A stretch of 60,353 nt of DNA, counting the filler. It is 3 parts of 3 records of this genome, joined end to end, with 100 filler letters (N's around TTAATTAATTAA, not from the genome) between each part and the next. Parts side by side here need not be neighbours in the genome. Positions count along the whole stretch, not along the records: positions 1 to 28,289 come from DRR723986_3156; 2 more parts are not named here. One strand, written 5' to 3'. The notes below the pieces were generated by a model. That model had not been told where the DNA came from, did no database searches, and saw only the letters and a program-made list of their open reading frames with translations. Positions within the stretch are counted from its first letter, which is position 1. Every line of letters begins with the position of its first letter. The translations under genes and the position numbers were made by a program. Below, one piece after another: positions 8,798-18,958 of the stretch.

Positions 8798-9469
8798 CTA
8801 TGGGGTCATGGCCGTGACGAAGGCATGCGCCGGTATACCCTGCCCGATGCAGACGGTTTCGCAATCCCGTGCCTCGCTCGTCCAGACGGCCCCGGACGCG
8901 AAGGCGAAGACTGGCATGACCAGCCCGCCGCGGCGCAGGATCGCCCCGAGATGCTCTGTGGCATAACGGAAACTCCAGGCTCGGGTCTCGAAATGGAAGC
9001 CAATCGCTTCGCACTGCGCCGTCAGTATGCAGGCCGGATCATGGGTCCAGGAGAGCCGGCACTCGACTGCCCGCCCACCGACGATCAGCGGCACGGTTTC
9101 GTACACATGGTCTGCAAACGGCCCGGTCGCCTCACCCGGCGCGGGACCGGGCGGATGCCCCGGGACAGGCAGGAGACGCCGCCATCCCCATTTCGGCGGG
9201 GCCTGAGGCGGCGGAGCGGTCACAGGTTTGGCGGGCGGTGATGCAGACGCATCGGCCGGCGGCGACTGGCTCAGCCAGTAAACCTCCTGCCGCGCAATGG
9301 CGCTTTCCAGATGCGGCAGCGCCTCATCTGCCGGGCAATCGCCAAAGCCGCCCTGGCCGACTTCTGCGCTGAGGTCATCGAACAGCGCATGCCGCGCCGC
9401 CGGGTCTGCTGCATCGATTTCGTGAAGACGGCGGATGACCCAGCTCAGGATGTCGCTACGCACGCTCAT
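8798..9469 (-). CDS. Hypothetical protein (two domains joined by a Pro-rich linker)
   Basis: 223-aa ORF, co-directional with nrdB and starting 30 nt after its stop. Confidence 0.55.
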   Translation of the reverse strand: MSVRSDILSWVIRRLHEIDAADPAARHALFDDLSAEVGQGGFGDCPADEALPHLESAIARQEVYWLSQSPPADASASPPAKPVTAPPPQAPPKWGWRRLLPVPGHPPGPAPGEATGPFADHVYETVPLIVGGRAVECRLSWTHDPACILTAQCEAIGFHFETRAWSFRYATEHLGAILRRGGLVMPVFAFASGAVWTSEARDCETVCIGQGIPAHAFVTAMTP

Positions 9470-9499
9470 CCCGGCAGGGCCTTCCGTCTGCGTCCGGTC

Positions 9500-10537
9500 T
9501 TATTCCGCCGGCACATTGTCCGGCTTGGCGGCAGGGCGCTTGTCGAACTTGGTCCAGACGCCATCTTCACCGTGCCAGTCACCCTTCGTGGCGCCCTTGG
9601 AATATTCCGTGGCGCGCTGTTCGAAGAAGTTGGCGTGCTCGACGCCGTTCAGGATCTCGGTCAGCCACGGGATCGGGTGCTTGGTAATGCCATAGAGCGG
9701 CTCCAGCTTCAGCTGGCCAAGGCGCCAGTCGGCGATATAGCGGATATAGTTCTTGATGTCGTCGGCGGTCATGCCTTCGACCGGCCCCATTTCGAAAGCG
9801 AGTTCGATGAACTTGTCTTCCAGGCTGACCACGGTGCGGCAGCATTCGCGGATGCGCTCACGCAGTTCGTCATTCATCACACCTGTTTCGGCGCAGAATG
9901 TGTGGAACAGCTTGATCATGCCTTCGCAGTGCAGCGACTCGTCGCGCACCGACCAGGAAACGATCTGGCCCATGCCCTTCATCTTGTTGAAGCGCGGAAA
10001 GTTCATCAGCATCGCAAAGGATGCGAACAGCTGCAGACCTTCCGTGAACGCACCAAAGACAGCCATGGAAACGGCAATGTCTTCATTCGTCTTGGTGTCG
10101 AACTGGCCGAGATAGTCGTGCTTGGCGGCCATCTCCTTGTATTCCATGAAGGCGGAGAATTCGCTGTCCGGCATGCCGATGGTTTCGAGCAGCAGGGCGT
10201 AGGCCGCGATGTGGATCGTCTCCATGTTGGAGAAGGACGACAGCATCATGGACACTTCCACCGGCTTAAACAGCGGCATGTAGTGTTCCATATAGTTGGC
10301 GCCGACCTCGACATCCGACTGGGTGAAGAAGCGGAAGATCTGCGTCAGCAGGTTACGCTCGGCATCCGAGAGCTTGACCGCCCAGTCCTTGCAGTCCTCG
10401 CCCAGCGGCACCTCTTCCGGCATCCAGTGAACCTGCTGCTGCTTCTTCCAGAAATCATATGCCCACGGGTAGCGGAACGGCTTGTAAGCGCGGCTCGGGG
10501 TGAGCAGTCCGGGAAGCGAAGAATCGGTGGCAGCCAT
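9500..10537 (-). CDS. nrdB: Ribonucleoside-diphosphate reductase class Ia beta subunit
   Basis: YKPFRYPW, FFTQSD, ETIHIAAY (metal ligands plus radical Tyr), EGLQLFASF, RDESLH, NFFEQRATEY; ATG 10537 follows GGAGG. Confidence 0.97.
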   Translation of the reverse strand: MAATDSSLPGLLTPSRAYKPFRYPWAYDFWKKQQQVHWMPEEVPLGEDCKDWAVKLSDAERNLLTQIFRFFTQSDVEVGANYMEHYMPLFKPVEVSMMLSSFSNMETIHIAAYALLLETIGMPDSEFSAFMEYKEMAAKHDYLGQFDTKTNEDIAVSMAVFGAFTEGLQLFASFAMLMNFPRFNKMKGMGQIVSWSVRDESLHCEGMIKLFHTFCAETGVMNDELRERIRECCRTVVSLEDKFIELAFEMGPVEGMTADDIKNYIRYIADWRLGQLKLEPLYGITKHPIPWLTEILNGVEHANFFEQRATEYSKGATKGDWHGEDGVWTKFDKRPAAKPDNVPAE

Positions 10538-10579
10538 GACGGGCCTCCTTGGCAAGCGAGTCGGTTATAAGGGTAATCA

Positions 10580-10627
10580 ACACCACATATAGTGCTTAAG
10601 AAGCGTTAATGGCGCAAGATGCAGCGT
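10580..10627. promoter_or_regulatory. Tandem NrdR boxes upstream of nrdB
   Basis: acaccacatatagtgc (10580-10595) and the weaker gcgcaagatgcagcgt (10612-10627), 32 bp apart; consensus acaCwAtATaTwGtgt. Confidence 0.8.
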
Positions 10628-10716
10628 GTCGCACGCGACATTAGTCCACAGGGTTGCGCACAGGAATGCCAATTCCTCGACCAGCATACCATAAAATGGG
10701 CACGGGTGATGTCGCC

Positions 10717-12432
10717 TTATCCTTCATCCAGCATCGCGAGTGCCTTGGCCTGTGCGGTCTTGATGTCCGGCGCCACTTCCACATGCGGCGGGGCGACATC
10801 ATGGGCTGCGAGAGCGGCCTCGTTGGCGGGGCTGAGGCCGGTGAGCCAGACGGCGATCTTGCGGCGGTGGGCGGCCTCGACCAGGCCCTCGATCGTGTGG
10901 GCGGCGGTCGAATCGATGAAGGCCACGGCTGAAAAGTCCACGATCAGGGCGCGGTGCTGGTCGCCGATCCTGTCGAGCACGGACCCGATTGTCGCTGCCG
11001 CGCCGAAGAAGAACGCGCCCGAAATACGATAGACAATGACGTCGCGGCGTGTGCTGGTCGCCTCGTCATACGGCACGCGATGGCGAAGGTCGTCCGCCTC
11101 ATCCGGCTGGACCAGCGGCGCGCCGAGTTCGACCGTCGCGGCCTGCGACATGCGCTGGATGAACAGGGCGGCGCCGAGCGCGAACCCAACGATGATCGCT
11201 TCGGTGAGGTCCCGGAACACGGTCAGTCCGAACGTGGCGAGTAGAACGGCGGCATCTCCTTTGGAGGCATTCAGCAGGCGCCAGAAGGCGTGCTTTTCGA
11301 ACATGTTCCAGGCGACGACCGTCAGCACGCCTGCCAGCGCCGCCATCGGGATGAAGGCGATCAGCGGTGCGGCAAGGATCATCATGCCCAGCAGGAAGAC
11401 CGAGTGCAGCATGCCCGCAACCGGACCGTGTGCCCCTGCCCTGACATTCGTGGCAGTGCGCGCAATCGTGCCGGTGACACAGATGCCGCCGAACAGGGCC
11501 GAGCCGATATTCGCCGCGCCCTGCGCCACCAGTTCGCAATTGGAGCGGTGCCGCCGCCCGGTCATCCCGTCGGCCACAACGGCGGAGAGCAGCGATTCGA
11601 TGGCACCGAGCAGCGTGAAGGAAATCGCGGCGGGCAACACGTCCATGACCTTGGCCATGGAGAGAGCCGGAACATGCGGCATGGGCAGGCCCGCCGGCAT
11701 CGCGCCGAAACGTGTGCCGATCGTGGCGATGTCGAGCTTTGCCAATGCTGTCACCAGCGCAGCCAGCACGACCGCCAGCAGGATGCCCGGCCAGCCGGGG
11801 CGATAGCGCTTCAGCGTGAAGATCACGGCCATCGTCCCCGCCGCAATGACAAAGGCGTGCCAGTCCGCGGTCGGCGCCGCGGCGGCGAGCACGGGCAGCT
11901 TCTCAAGGAAAGGCCCCGGCTCGGCCCCGACGAGGGTGAGGCCGAACAGATCCTTCAACTGGCTGGAGCCGATGATGATGGCGATGCCGGCGGTGAAGCC
12001 CACCGTCACGGGGTAAGGCACGAACTTCACGAAGGTGCCCAGACGCAACCAGCCCGCGAGTGCCAGCAGGAGGCCGGACATCAGAACGGCCAGGATCAAG
12101 CCGTCCATGCCGTGGGTCGCGGCGGTCGTGTTGACCAGCACGATGAAGGCTCCGGCCGGCCCGCCAATCTGGAATCGGCTGCCGCCCAGCAGCGAGACGA
12201 GGAAGCCGCCAACGATCGCCGTGATCAGGCCCTGTGCCGGGCTTGCCCCTGATGCGACGGCAATGGCGATGGATAATGGCAGAGCAACGATGGCGACGGT
12301 CAGGCCGGCTATGGCATCGGCCCGGAGACTGTCGAGACCATATCCCTCACGCAGCACTGTCACGAGTTTCGGCGTGTAAAGATCAGCAAAGCCCGGCGTG
12401 GGCGCCGCCACCTTGTGCGTGAATGATGTCAT
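10717..12432 (-). CDS. SulP-family anion permease with STAS domain
   Basis: AGLTVAIVALPLSIA, GGSRFQIGGPAGAF, IESLLSAVVADGM, C-terminal FFGAA...FIDST. Confidence 0.95.
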   Translation of the reverse strand: MTSFTHKVAAPTPGFADLYTPKLVTVLREGYGLDSLRADAIAGLTVAIVALPLSIAIAVASGASPAQGLITAIVGGFLVSLLGGSRFQIGGPAGAFIVLVNTTAATHGMDGLILAVLMSGLLLALAGWLRLGTFVKFVPYPVTVGFTAGIAIIIGSSQLKDLFGLTLVGAEPGPFLEKLPVLAAAAPTADWHAFVIAAGTMAVIFTLKRYRPGWPGILLAVVLAALVTALAKLDIATIGTRFGAMPAGLPMPHVPALSMAKVMDVLPAAISFTLLGAIESLLSAVVADGMTGRRHRSNCELVAQGAANIGSALFGGICVTGTIARTATNVRAGAHGPVAGMLHSVFLLGMMILAAPLIAFIPMAALAGVLTVVAWNMFEKHAFWRLLNASKGDAAVLLATFGLTVFRDLTEAIIVGFALGAALFIQRMSQAATVELGAPLVQPDEADDLRHRVPYDEATSTRRDVIVYRISGAFFFGAAATIGSVLDRIGDQHRALIVDFSAVAFIDSTAAHTIEGLVEAAHRRKIAVWLTGLSPANEAALAAHDVAPPHVEVAPDIKTAQAKALAMLDEG

Positions 12433-12525
12433 GGCTGGCCTGCCCCGCTATCCGCGAATGCATACCTATTACACCACCAGAAGGTGTAAATGAAAGAGGG
12501 TCTCTGACATCGCACGCGCCTTGAC

Positions 12526-12569
12526 GCTACGTATTTAGTAGCGCATGGGGTTGCTACAAAAAACGTAGC
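12526..12569. promoter_or_regulatory. Two palindromic operator-like sites, GCTAC-N7-GTAGC
   Basis: gctac-gtattta-gtagc (12526-12542) and gctac-aaaaaac-gtagc (12553-12569), immediately upstream of the CMD gene RBS. Confidence 0.65.
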
Positions 12570-12583
12570 AAAGGGAGTACCTC

Positions 12584-13150
12584 ATGACGAACCAGCTAGC
12601 CCCGCTGCCTGAGCCGTGGCCGGAAGACATTTCCCGCCTTCTAGCAAATTATCCGAGTTCAGACGGGTATATCCTGTCGCTGTTCCGAACTTTCGCGAAC
12701 TCGAAACGGTTCCTGCAGAAGGCCGTGCCGAACCTGCTGGACCGGGACAGCCCGCTGCCGTTGCGCATACGTGAAATCGTGATCCTGCGTGTAACGGCCA
12801 ATCTGTGCTGCGCCTATGAGTGGGGTGTGCATGTGGCGATCTTTGCGAACGCGGCAAAGTTCACGCCGGAACAGATAGCTGCCACCACTCGGCCCGCCAT
12901 CGACGAAACCTTGTGGGCCCCGGTGGAAGCCCGCCTCATCCGGGTCGTCGGCGAAATCTGCCAGAATGCGTTGCTGTCCCCGTCCGCGCGCTCGGCATTC
13001 GAGGCAGACTGGCGCGCCGACCAGCAGCTGGAAATCCTCGCCCTGTGCGGGGCCTATCATACGGTCAGCTTTGTCGCGAACATGGCCGGCCTGCCAGCCG
13101 AAGACTTCGTCGGCACGGACATCAGAGCCATGGCACCAATGCGAACCTAG
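12584..13150 (+). CDS. Carboxymuconolactone decarboxylase/AhpD-family protein
   Basis: LPLRIREIVILRV...CAYEWGVH motif; RBS GGGAG. Confidence 0.85.
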   Translation: MTNQLAPLPEPWPEDISRLLANYPSSDGYILSLFRTFANSKRFLQKAVPNLLDRDSPLPLRIREIVILRVTANLCCAYEWGVHVAIFANAAKFTPEQIAATTRPAIDETLWAPVEARLIRVVGEICQNALLSPSARSAFEADWRADQQLEILALCGAYHTVSFVANMAGLPAEDFVGTDIRAMAPMRT

Positions 13151-14892
13151 CCCTGTTCCAATGTCGCCTTGCGGTATTCGGCGTCGCGCTCGGCGCCGAT
13201 GAGCGAGCGGACCGTGTCTGGGGTGTAACCGAACTGTTCCAGCGCGCGTGCGGACATCTGCAGGCCGGCTTCGATCGCGTCGGGTACGACATGGGTGGCC
13301 CCGGCCTCAAACAGGCTGCGCGAATGGTCTGCGTCCTGCGCACGGGCAAGAATCGGGATTTCCGGACGGCCCCGGCGCACAGCCCGCACAATATGTTCGG
13401 CCGCCTGCGGGTCATCGATGGTGACCACCACCATGGCGGCACCGGAAAGGCCTGCCTTGTCGAGAATCTCCTTGCGGGCGCCGTCCCCGAAATAGACACT
13501 CCAGCCTTGCTTGCGCAGGCGGGCCACCGTGTCGGGCCGGCTGTCCAACGCAACCACGCGGGTGTTCTCTTCATCGAGGATGCGGGCCACTGCCTGCCCC
13601 ACACGGCCGAAACCGGCGATGATCACATGATTTTCCAGCTCCGCCTTCTCGGCTGGCAGCGTCGTGGCATGACCGTGTCCTTTTTGCTGCATACGCCGGA
13701 CGACGGATTGGGACCCGCGCCAGGTGACCGGGATCAGCAACATGGACAGGCCCGCCACGGCCGAGACGAGTGTTGCCTGGTCGCCAGTGATGACGCCGCC
13801 GGCCGCCCCCGCCGCCAGCACGACGAAAGCGAACTCCCCTGCCGGGGCGAGCAGACCGGCTGTCTCGGTGGCGAGTTCCGGGCTGCGCCCGAAGATCCGG
13901 ACGGCTGCCCAGGCGATGACGTACTTCACCACGAGCAGCGCGATCAGCCCCATCAGGACGAGCGGCCATTCCCGCGCGATCACGCCAAGGTCCAGACCGA
14001 GGCCTACGGTCATGAAGAAGAGTCCGAGCAGCAGGCCCTTGAACGGATCAAGGTCGACTTCGGTCTGGTGCTTGAATTCCGTCTCGCCCAGCATCAGGCC
14101 GGCGAGGAAGGCCCCGAGGGCGATGGAGAGGCCCGCGCTGGCGGTCAGGACGGCCGCGCCCACCACGGTGAGCAGTGTGATTGCCATCAGGAAGTCCCGC
14201 CCGCCCGCATCGGCGGCCATCTGGAACAACCGCCGTAGCAGGAACCGGCCGATCAAGAGCAGGATGCCGACGGCCAGCACACCCTGCACGGCGGCCTCCA
14301 GCAGCACGGTGCCGAGGTTTGCGCCAGCGTCAGACGAGGCAAACCCTACAAATATCAGAATCGGCGCGACCAGAATGTCTTGAAACAACAGGACGCCGAG
14401 CGCCGTGCGCCCGACCGGCGCCGAGGCCTGATGGTTTGCTGTCATCAGTTGCATCACGACTGCGGTGGACGACAATGCCAGGGCGAGCCCCACGACGATG
14501 GCCGCGGTCAGGTCGAAATCGAACACGGTTGCCAGCATGGCCAGCAGGATGGCACTGGCGGCAGCCTGAACGATGCCTGCGCCGAACACAATGCGCCGCA
14601 GGGACCAGAGTTGCTCCACCGACAATTCCAGCCCGAGCAGGAACAACAGGAACAGCACGCCCAGTTCCGCGAACGGCGCCGCCGCTTCGGGTTCGGCGAT
14701 GGTAAACATGCCGAGCGGCGCCCAGGTATCCGAGAATGAGCCGAGTCCCCATGGACCCAGCGCCACACCAGCGAGGATGAAGCCCACAACAGCGGGCAGT
14801 TTCAGCATGCGCAGCGCCGGCACGACGAGCCCGGCAGCGATCAGGAAGACCAGCGCGTCCTTGATCAGGATCTCGTGGCTTCCTTCGTGCAT
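13147..14892 (-). CDS. CPA2-family cation:proton antiporter with TrkA-N (KTN) domain, KefB/KefC-like
   Basis: AELGVLFLLFLLGLE, LALSSTAVV, LLFQDI, PFKGLLLGLFF, IIAGFGRVG, YFGDG; start set at MHEGSH after RBS AAAGGGG. Confidence 0.93.
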   Translation of the reverse strand: MHEGSHEILIKDALVFLIAAGLVVPALRMLKLPAVVGFILAGVALGPWGLGSFSDTWAPLGMFTIAEPEAAAPFAELGVLFLLFLLGLELSVEQLWSLRRIVFGAGIVQAAASAILLAMLATVFDFDLTAAIVVGLALALSSTAVVMQLMTANHQASAPVGRTALGVLLFQDILVAPILIFVGFASSDAGANLGTVLLEAAVQGVLAVGILLLIGRFLLRRLFQMAADAGGRDFLMAITLLTVVGAAVLTASAGLSIALGAFLAGLMLGETEFKHQTEVDLDPFKGLLLGLFFMTVGLGLDLGVIAREWPLVLMGLIALLVVKYVIAWAAVRIFGRSPELATETAGLLAPAGEFAFVVLAAGAAGGVITGDQATLVSAVAGLSMLLIPVTWRGSQSVVRRMQQKGHGHATTLPAEKAELENHVIIAGFGRVGQAVARILDEENTRVVALDSRPDTVARLRKQGWSVYFGDGARKEILDKAGLSGAAMVVVTIDDPQAAEHIVRAVRRGRPEIPILARAQDADHSRSLFEAGATHVVPDAIEAGLQMSARALEQFGYTPDTVRSLIGAERDAEYRKATLEQG

Positions 14893-15057
14893 GCAGATTC
14901 CCCTTTCATTGCGAGTCGGCGGCCCCGCTGCCGTCACAATTTCATTCTATCGGACCAGCCCGACTCTCCAAGGGAAGACATTACGTTGCATCAAGATTCA
15001 TCGAAATTGCTGACAGATGGCGTTCCAAACTGGCTTCCTGTATGGAAGGTATACGCT

Positions 15058-15915
15058 ATGCGTTTCTTATCTGTCGCGCTCTTGTGTCTTTTTGCCTGGT
15101 TGGCTGCGCCGGGGCTCGCTTCGGCGGCCCAGGTGTATCGCGATGTGGTGTACAATCACATGCCGGCGGTCAGTGACGGCAATTTCACCATGGATATCTA
15201 CGCCCCGGATGAGGCGGAAGACCTGCCCATCATCATCATGGTGCATGGCGGCGCATGGACATATGGCAACAAGCAGAACGCCATCGGCCCGAAACAGTCG
15301 GATTTCTTCACTGACGAAGGTTTCATCTACGTTTCGATCAATTACCGCCTTGCACCGGACCACCCCTTCCCGGCCCCGGTGGAAGACCTCGCAAGCGCCA
15401 TCGCCTTCCTCTACAGGAATGCCGACACTTATGGCGGTGATCCGGATTCCATCTTCCTGATGGGACATTCCTCCGGCGCGCACTCTGTGGCGCTGGTTTC
15501 GATCGATCCGCAATACTTGCGGGCCGAAGGTCTGGGCCTCGGCGTGATCAAGGGCACAGTGCCGCTGGATGGCGCATCCTACAATCTGGTGAAAACCGGC
15601 GAGAAGAATGGCGAGCTGCCGCGGTTCTACCGGCCGGCCTTCGGCGGCAAGGAAACCGTCTGGCGTGAGGCCTCCCCGACACTTCAGGTGATGGACGGCC
15701 GCCGCATTCCGCCATTCAGGATATTCTATGTGGACCGACCGGTCTCACCTGACCGCGCCAAGGAGCTGGCCAAAACGCTGCGTGACCATGGCTATGACGC
15801 CGAAGCCGTGCTGGCGAAGAAACGTTCGCACAAGAGTCTCAACAAACGGCTTGGCGCGGACGGCGACAAGTTCGGCCCGATGATCGCCGACTTCTTCCGC
15901 AGCCAGATGAACTAG
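15058..15915 (+). CDS. Secreted alpha/beta hydrolase (HSL-like esterase/lipase)
   Basis: Signal peptide from ATG 15058; HGGAW, NYRLAP, GHSSG nucleophile elbow. Confidence 0.9.
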   Translation: MRFLSVALLCLFAWLAAPGLASAAQVYRDVVYNHMPAVSDGNFTMDIYAPDEAEDLPIIIMVHGGAWTYGNKQNAIGPKQSDFFTDEGFIYVSINYRLAPDHPFPAPVEDLASAIAFLYRNADTYGGDPDSIFLMGHSSGAHSVALVSIDPQYLRAEGLGLGVIKGTVPLDGASYNLVKTGEKNGELPRFYRPAFGGKETVWREASPTLQVMDGRRIPPFRIFYVDRPVSPDRAKELAKTLRDHGYDAEAVLAKKRSHKSLNKRLGADGDKFGPMIADFFRSQMN

Positions 15916-15932
15916 AGGCACAGCGCGCCGCG

Positions 15933-16628
15933 CTAGTGCACGCTGCAGGCGGTGGGGGCGTCGAGGCCGAGCATGGGCAGGCCTTTGGCGCAGAGTTCGT
16001 GGCCGCCTTCCCAGATCATGTGCAGCGCCACATAGAGGATGATGGCGAGGCCCGCGAAAGCAATCCAGCGGTGGCGTGTCAGCACTTTCGCAATGAAGGT
16101 GGACGCAACGCCCATCAGCAGGATCGACAATGCCAGGCCGAAGACCAGCACGACCGGATGCTCTCGCGCCGCGCCTGCCACGCCCAGCACGTTGTCGATC
16201 GACATGGAAACATCGGCGATGATGATCTGAGTCACGGCCTGCCGGAGGGTCTTGCCGGGCCGCTGGCCCGCCACGGTGCCGTCGGCATTCAGGTCCGCGC
16301 CTGCCAGCGCCTCTTCGGCATTGTGCTGGGCCTCTTCCCTCAGCTCCCGCCACATCTTCCAGGCAACCCAGAGCAACAAGACGCCGCCAGCGAAGAGAAG
16401 ACCTATGATCAGCAGCAATTCTGCCGCGACCAGGGCGAAGGCGATGCGCAGGACCGTAGCGAAAATGATCCCGATCAGGATCGCCTTGCCGCGCTGCTGT
16501 TTTTCAAGGCCTGCTGCGGCAAGCCCGATCACCACGGCATTGTCGCCGGCAAGCACAAGGTCAATCGCCACGACGGTGAAGAAAGCCTGCAGGAGTTCGG
16601 GGGTCAGGAATGTCAGGTCGGAGACCAT
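15933..16628 (-). CDS. TerC-family (YjbE-type) membrane protein
   Basis: IDLVLAGDNAVVIG and IIIADVSMSIDNVLGVAGAA. Confidence 0.93.
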   Translation of the reverse strand: MVSDLTFLTPELLQAFFTVVAIDLVLAGDNAVVIGLAAAGLEKQQRGKAILIGIIFATVLRIAFALVAAELLLIIGLLFAGGVLLLWVAWKMWRELREEAQHNAEEALAGADLNADGTVAGQRPGKTLRQAVTQIIIADVSMSIDNVLGVAGAAREHPVVLVFGLALSILLMGVASTFIAKVLTRHRWIAFAGLAIILYVALHMIWEGGHELCAKGLPMLGLDAPTACSVH

Positions 16629-16750
16629 GGGCCAGAGGCGCCTTTCAGAAGCCCGGCCAGAATGGCAGGACTCAGCCCTTGCAATATGGGGGAAGCCACA
16701 GCGGCCTGCAATGAGACGGTCTCAGTCCCATTGCAGGCCAGCGGTATGCC

Positions 16751-18727
16751 CTATGGTTCGACAACATTGAACCAGAAGGGCGCGGTTTCCAGCGCGCTGA
16801 ACCAGGCGAGCAGCGCCGACGGGTCGCCCTCCACTTTCGCCTCCCCGGCCTTCGCGATGTCCTGGAAGCTCCGTGTCTGGAGGATCAGGTCATTGAACGC
16901 GGCGCGGGATATGGTGAGCGTCGCAGCGGGCGAGCCGGAGGCAGACCCTGGTCGCGGGAAGGCCGTACGGGTGCCCACGTCCAGCATCAACGTCTCTTCG
17001 GTATCCGGGAAGACGAAGTTCAGCGTGAACGGGTCACGCGTCAGCTTCTCCGGTGCGTAGCGGACAGCCAGCGCGTTGAACAGCTCCACCGTCGGCACCC
17101 CTTTCAGGAAGTCCGCATTGCCGAGGCGGATCGCCTGATCGACAGGCAGGCCGCGGCGCAATTCAGCCGCGCCGGTCAGGTAATAGTCGCGCCAGGCGCC
17201 GGACTCCGCCTGGAAGCCCATCTGCTCATAACTGGACGCCAGCCAGTCACGCGCCGCCTGATTCTCCGGATTGGAAAACACAACCGCATTGAATACTTCA
17301 GCCGCCCAGCGATAGTCCCCTTCCTTGAAGGCTTTCTCGCCAGCCACCAGCGCGGCATCTTCGCCTCCAGCAAGCGCGACCATGCGTTTGGAGCGCTCTT
17401 CCATCGGCCAGGCATTGTATGTGGCGGGCACGCCATCCCACCAGCCGAAATAGTACTGGTAAACGGCCTTGGCATTATGGTTCAGCGTGCCGTAATAGCC
17501 GCGCGTGTCGAAATGGGTTTCCTGAACGTCCGGTTCCGGAATGTCTTCCGCGATTTCGAACTGGGTCTGGCCCTGGTTCGCCCGGCGAACTGTCTGGTCA
17601 TGCGTGTAGCGATACACATCGCGCTGGCCGCGCAGATAATCCTGCACATTCTCCGTGCCGAAGGTCGGCCAGTGGTGGGACGCAAAAGATACGTCTGATT
17701 TCCCCGCATAATTCACCAGCGCATAGTCCAGCACGCGGCTCCATTCGAGGAAGTCCCGCACCTTTGCGCCGCGCAGGGTGAGGCCGTTGTGGAAAGTTGC
17801 CGTTGCCACCTCAGCCGTGCAAAGGGCGCGGAAATCCGGTAGGTAGAACATGAATTCCGCGGGCGCCTCGGTGCCAGCTGCGTCGATGAATTCGAATTTC
17901 ACGCCATCGATCACGCGCTGCGTCCCCCGGCCTGAAATTTCTTCCGTCGGAGGAATGAAGCCTGCCGTGCCCGTCGACAAGGCCGGACCGAGACCGGTGC
18001 CAACCTGTCCGGTCGCATCGTTCGGGAGCGTACCGCCAAACATCAGGATCGCCCGGCGCGACATGTAGTTGCCAGCCAGCAGGTTTTCCGCGATCGCATT
18101 TTCGGTGAACCCGACTGGAGCGAGCACCGGAACGCCATTGGCGATATCGGTTTCCGAGATCACACCCCGGGCGCCCGCAAAATGGTCTGCATGCGAATGG
18201 GTGTAGATAACGCCGCTGACCGGGCGCTCCCCCAGCGTGTCGTTTACCAGTTTGAGGGCTGCTGCGGCTGTCTCCTTGCTCGTCAGCGGATCAACGATGA
18301 TCCAGCCGGTGTCGCCGCGGATGATGGACATAACCGCCAGGTCATAGCCACGCACCTGGTAGAGGCCGTCCCTGACTTCGAACAGGCCATGCTTGGCCAG
18401 CAATTGCTGCTGACGCCACAGCGACGGGTTCACCGTGTCCGGCACTGCGCCATTGATGAAATCCTGCGCATGGACGGCCCAGACGACCTTGCCGGTCTCG
18501 TCGACGATATCTTCCTGGATCTGGGCGAGCAGGCCGTGGTCGGCATCTTCGAAGTCGCCCGGCTGGTCCAGCGGCAGGCGTTCGGCCAGCGCGGCATTGG
18601 CCGCTTTGGTGGCCTCGGTGGCGACACCTGCAGGCGGCGCAGCGTCGGCCTTCGGCGCGGTGGCGGCCTGTTTGGAGCAGGCAGCAAGGCTGATCAACGC
18701 GGCGAGCGCGACGGCGGCATATCTCAT
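16751..18727 (-). CDS. Alkyl/aryl sulfatase (SdsA1-like metallo-beta-lactamase fold), lipoprotein
   Basis: Lipobox LAAC; PDTVNPSLWRQ, YQVRGYD, THSHADHFAG, EAPAE, SHHWP, RGYYGT; C-terminal SCP2-like domain. Confidence 0.93.
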   Translation of the reverse strand: MRYAAVALAALISLAACSKQAATAPKADAAPPAGVATEATKAANAALAERLPLDQPGDFEDADHGLLAQIQEDIVDETGKVVWAVHAQDFINGAVPDTVNPSLWRQQQLLAKHGLFEVRDGLYQVRGYDLAVMSIIRGDTGWIIVDPLTSKETAAAALKLVNDTLGERPVSGVIYTHSHADHFAGARGVISETDIANGVPVLAPVGFTENAIAENLLAGNYMSRRAILMFGGTLPNDATGQVGTGLGPALSTGTAGFIPPTEEISGRGTQRVIDGVKFEFIDAAGTEAPAEFMFYLPDFRALCTAEVATATFHNGLTLRGAKVRDFLEWSRVLDYALVNYAGKSDVSFASHHWPTFGTENVQDYLRGQRDVYRYTHDQTVRRANQGQTQFEIAEDIPEPDVQETHFDTRGYYGTLNHNAKAVYQYYFGWWDGVPATYNAWPMEERSKRMVALAGGEDAALVAGEKAFKEGDYRWAAEVFNAVVFSNPENQAARDWLASSYEQMGFQAESGAWRDYYLTGAAELRRGLPVDQAIRLGNADFLKGVPTVELFNALAVRYAPEKLTRDPFTLNFVFPDTEETLMLDVGTRTAFPRPGSASGSPAATLTISRAAFNDLILQTRSFQDIAKAGEAKVEGDPSALLAWFSALETAPFWFNVVEP

Positions 18728-18958
18728 TTGGTTCCTCCCGGATTTTTTCCTGCAGTCTGCGCCGGGCCTGTCAGACAGACAAGAAAAGCCTGCGTTCCGG
18801 ACCGGCAATCACGAATGCGGTATGTATATTATGCCCGGGGGAAAGCCCAGCATTTATTGGCATTCATCACGCCAAATGACGCGCGACCATACTGTCGGGA
18901 TGTATAAGGCGCACCGGCCCGGACGCACCCGCCAACACACCGCCCGGCGTTGCGCGAC

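Noticed and set aside
9311..10570. Long antisense ORFs over nrdB (also over sulP, nrdA, the S9 peptidase and typA)
   Set aside because: Expected by-product of GC-rich codon bias opposite real genes; no motifs recognised.
10596..10609. TTAA-N6-TTAA upstream of nrdB as a CtrA box
   Set aside because: The spacer is 6 nt rather than 7, and there is no TTAAC half-site in the proper register.
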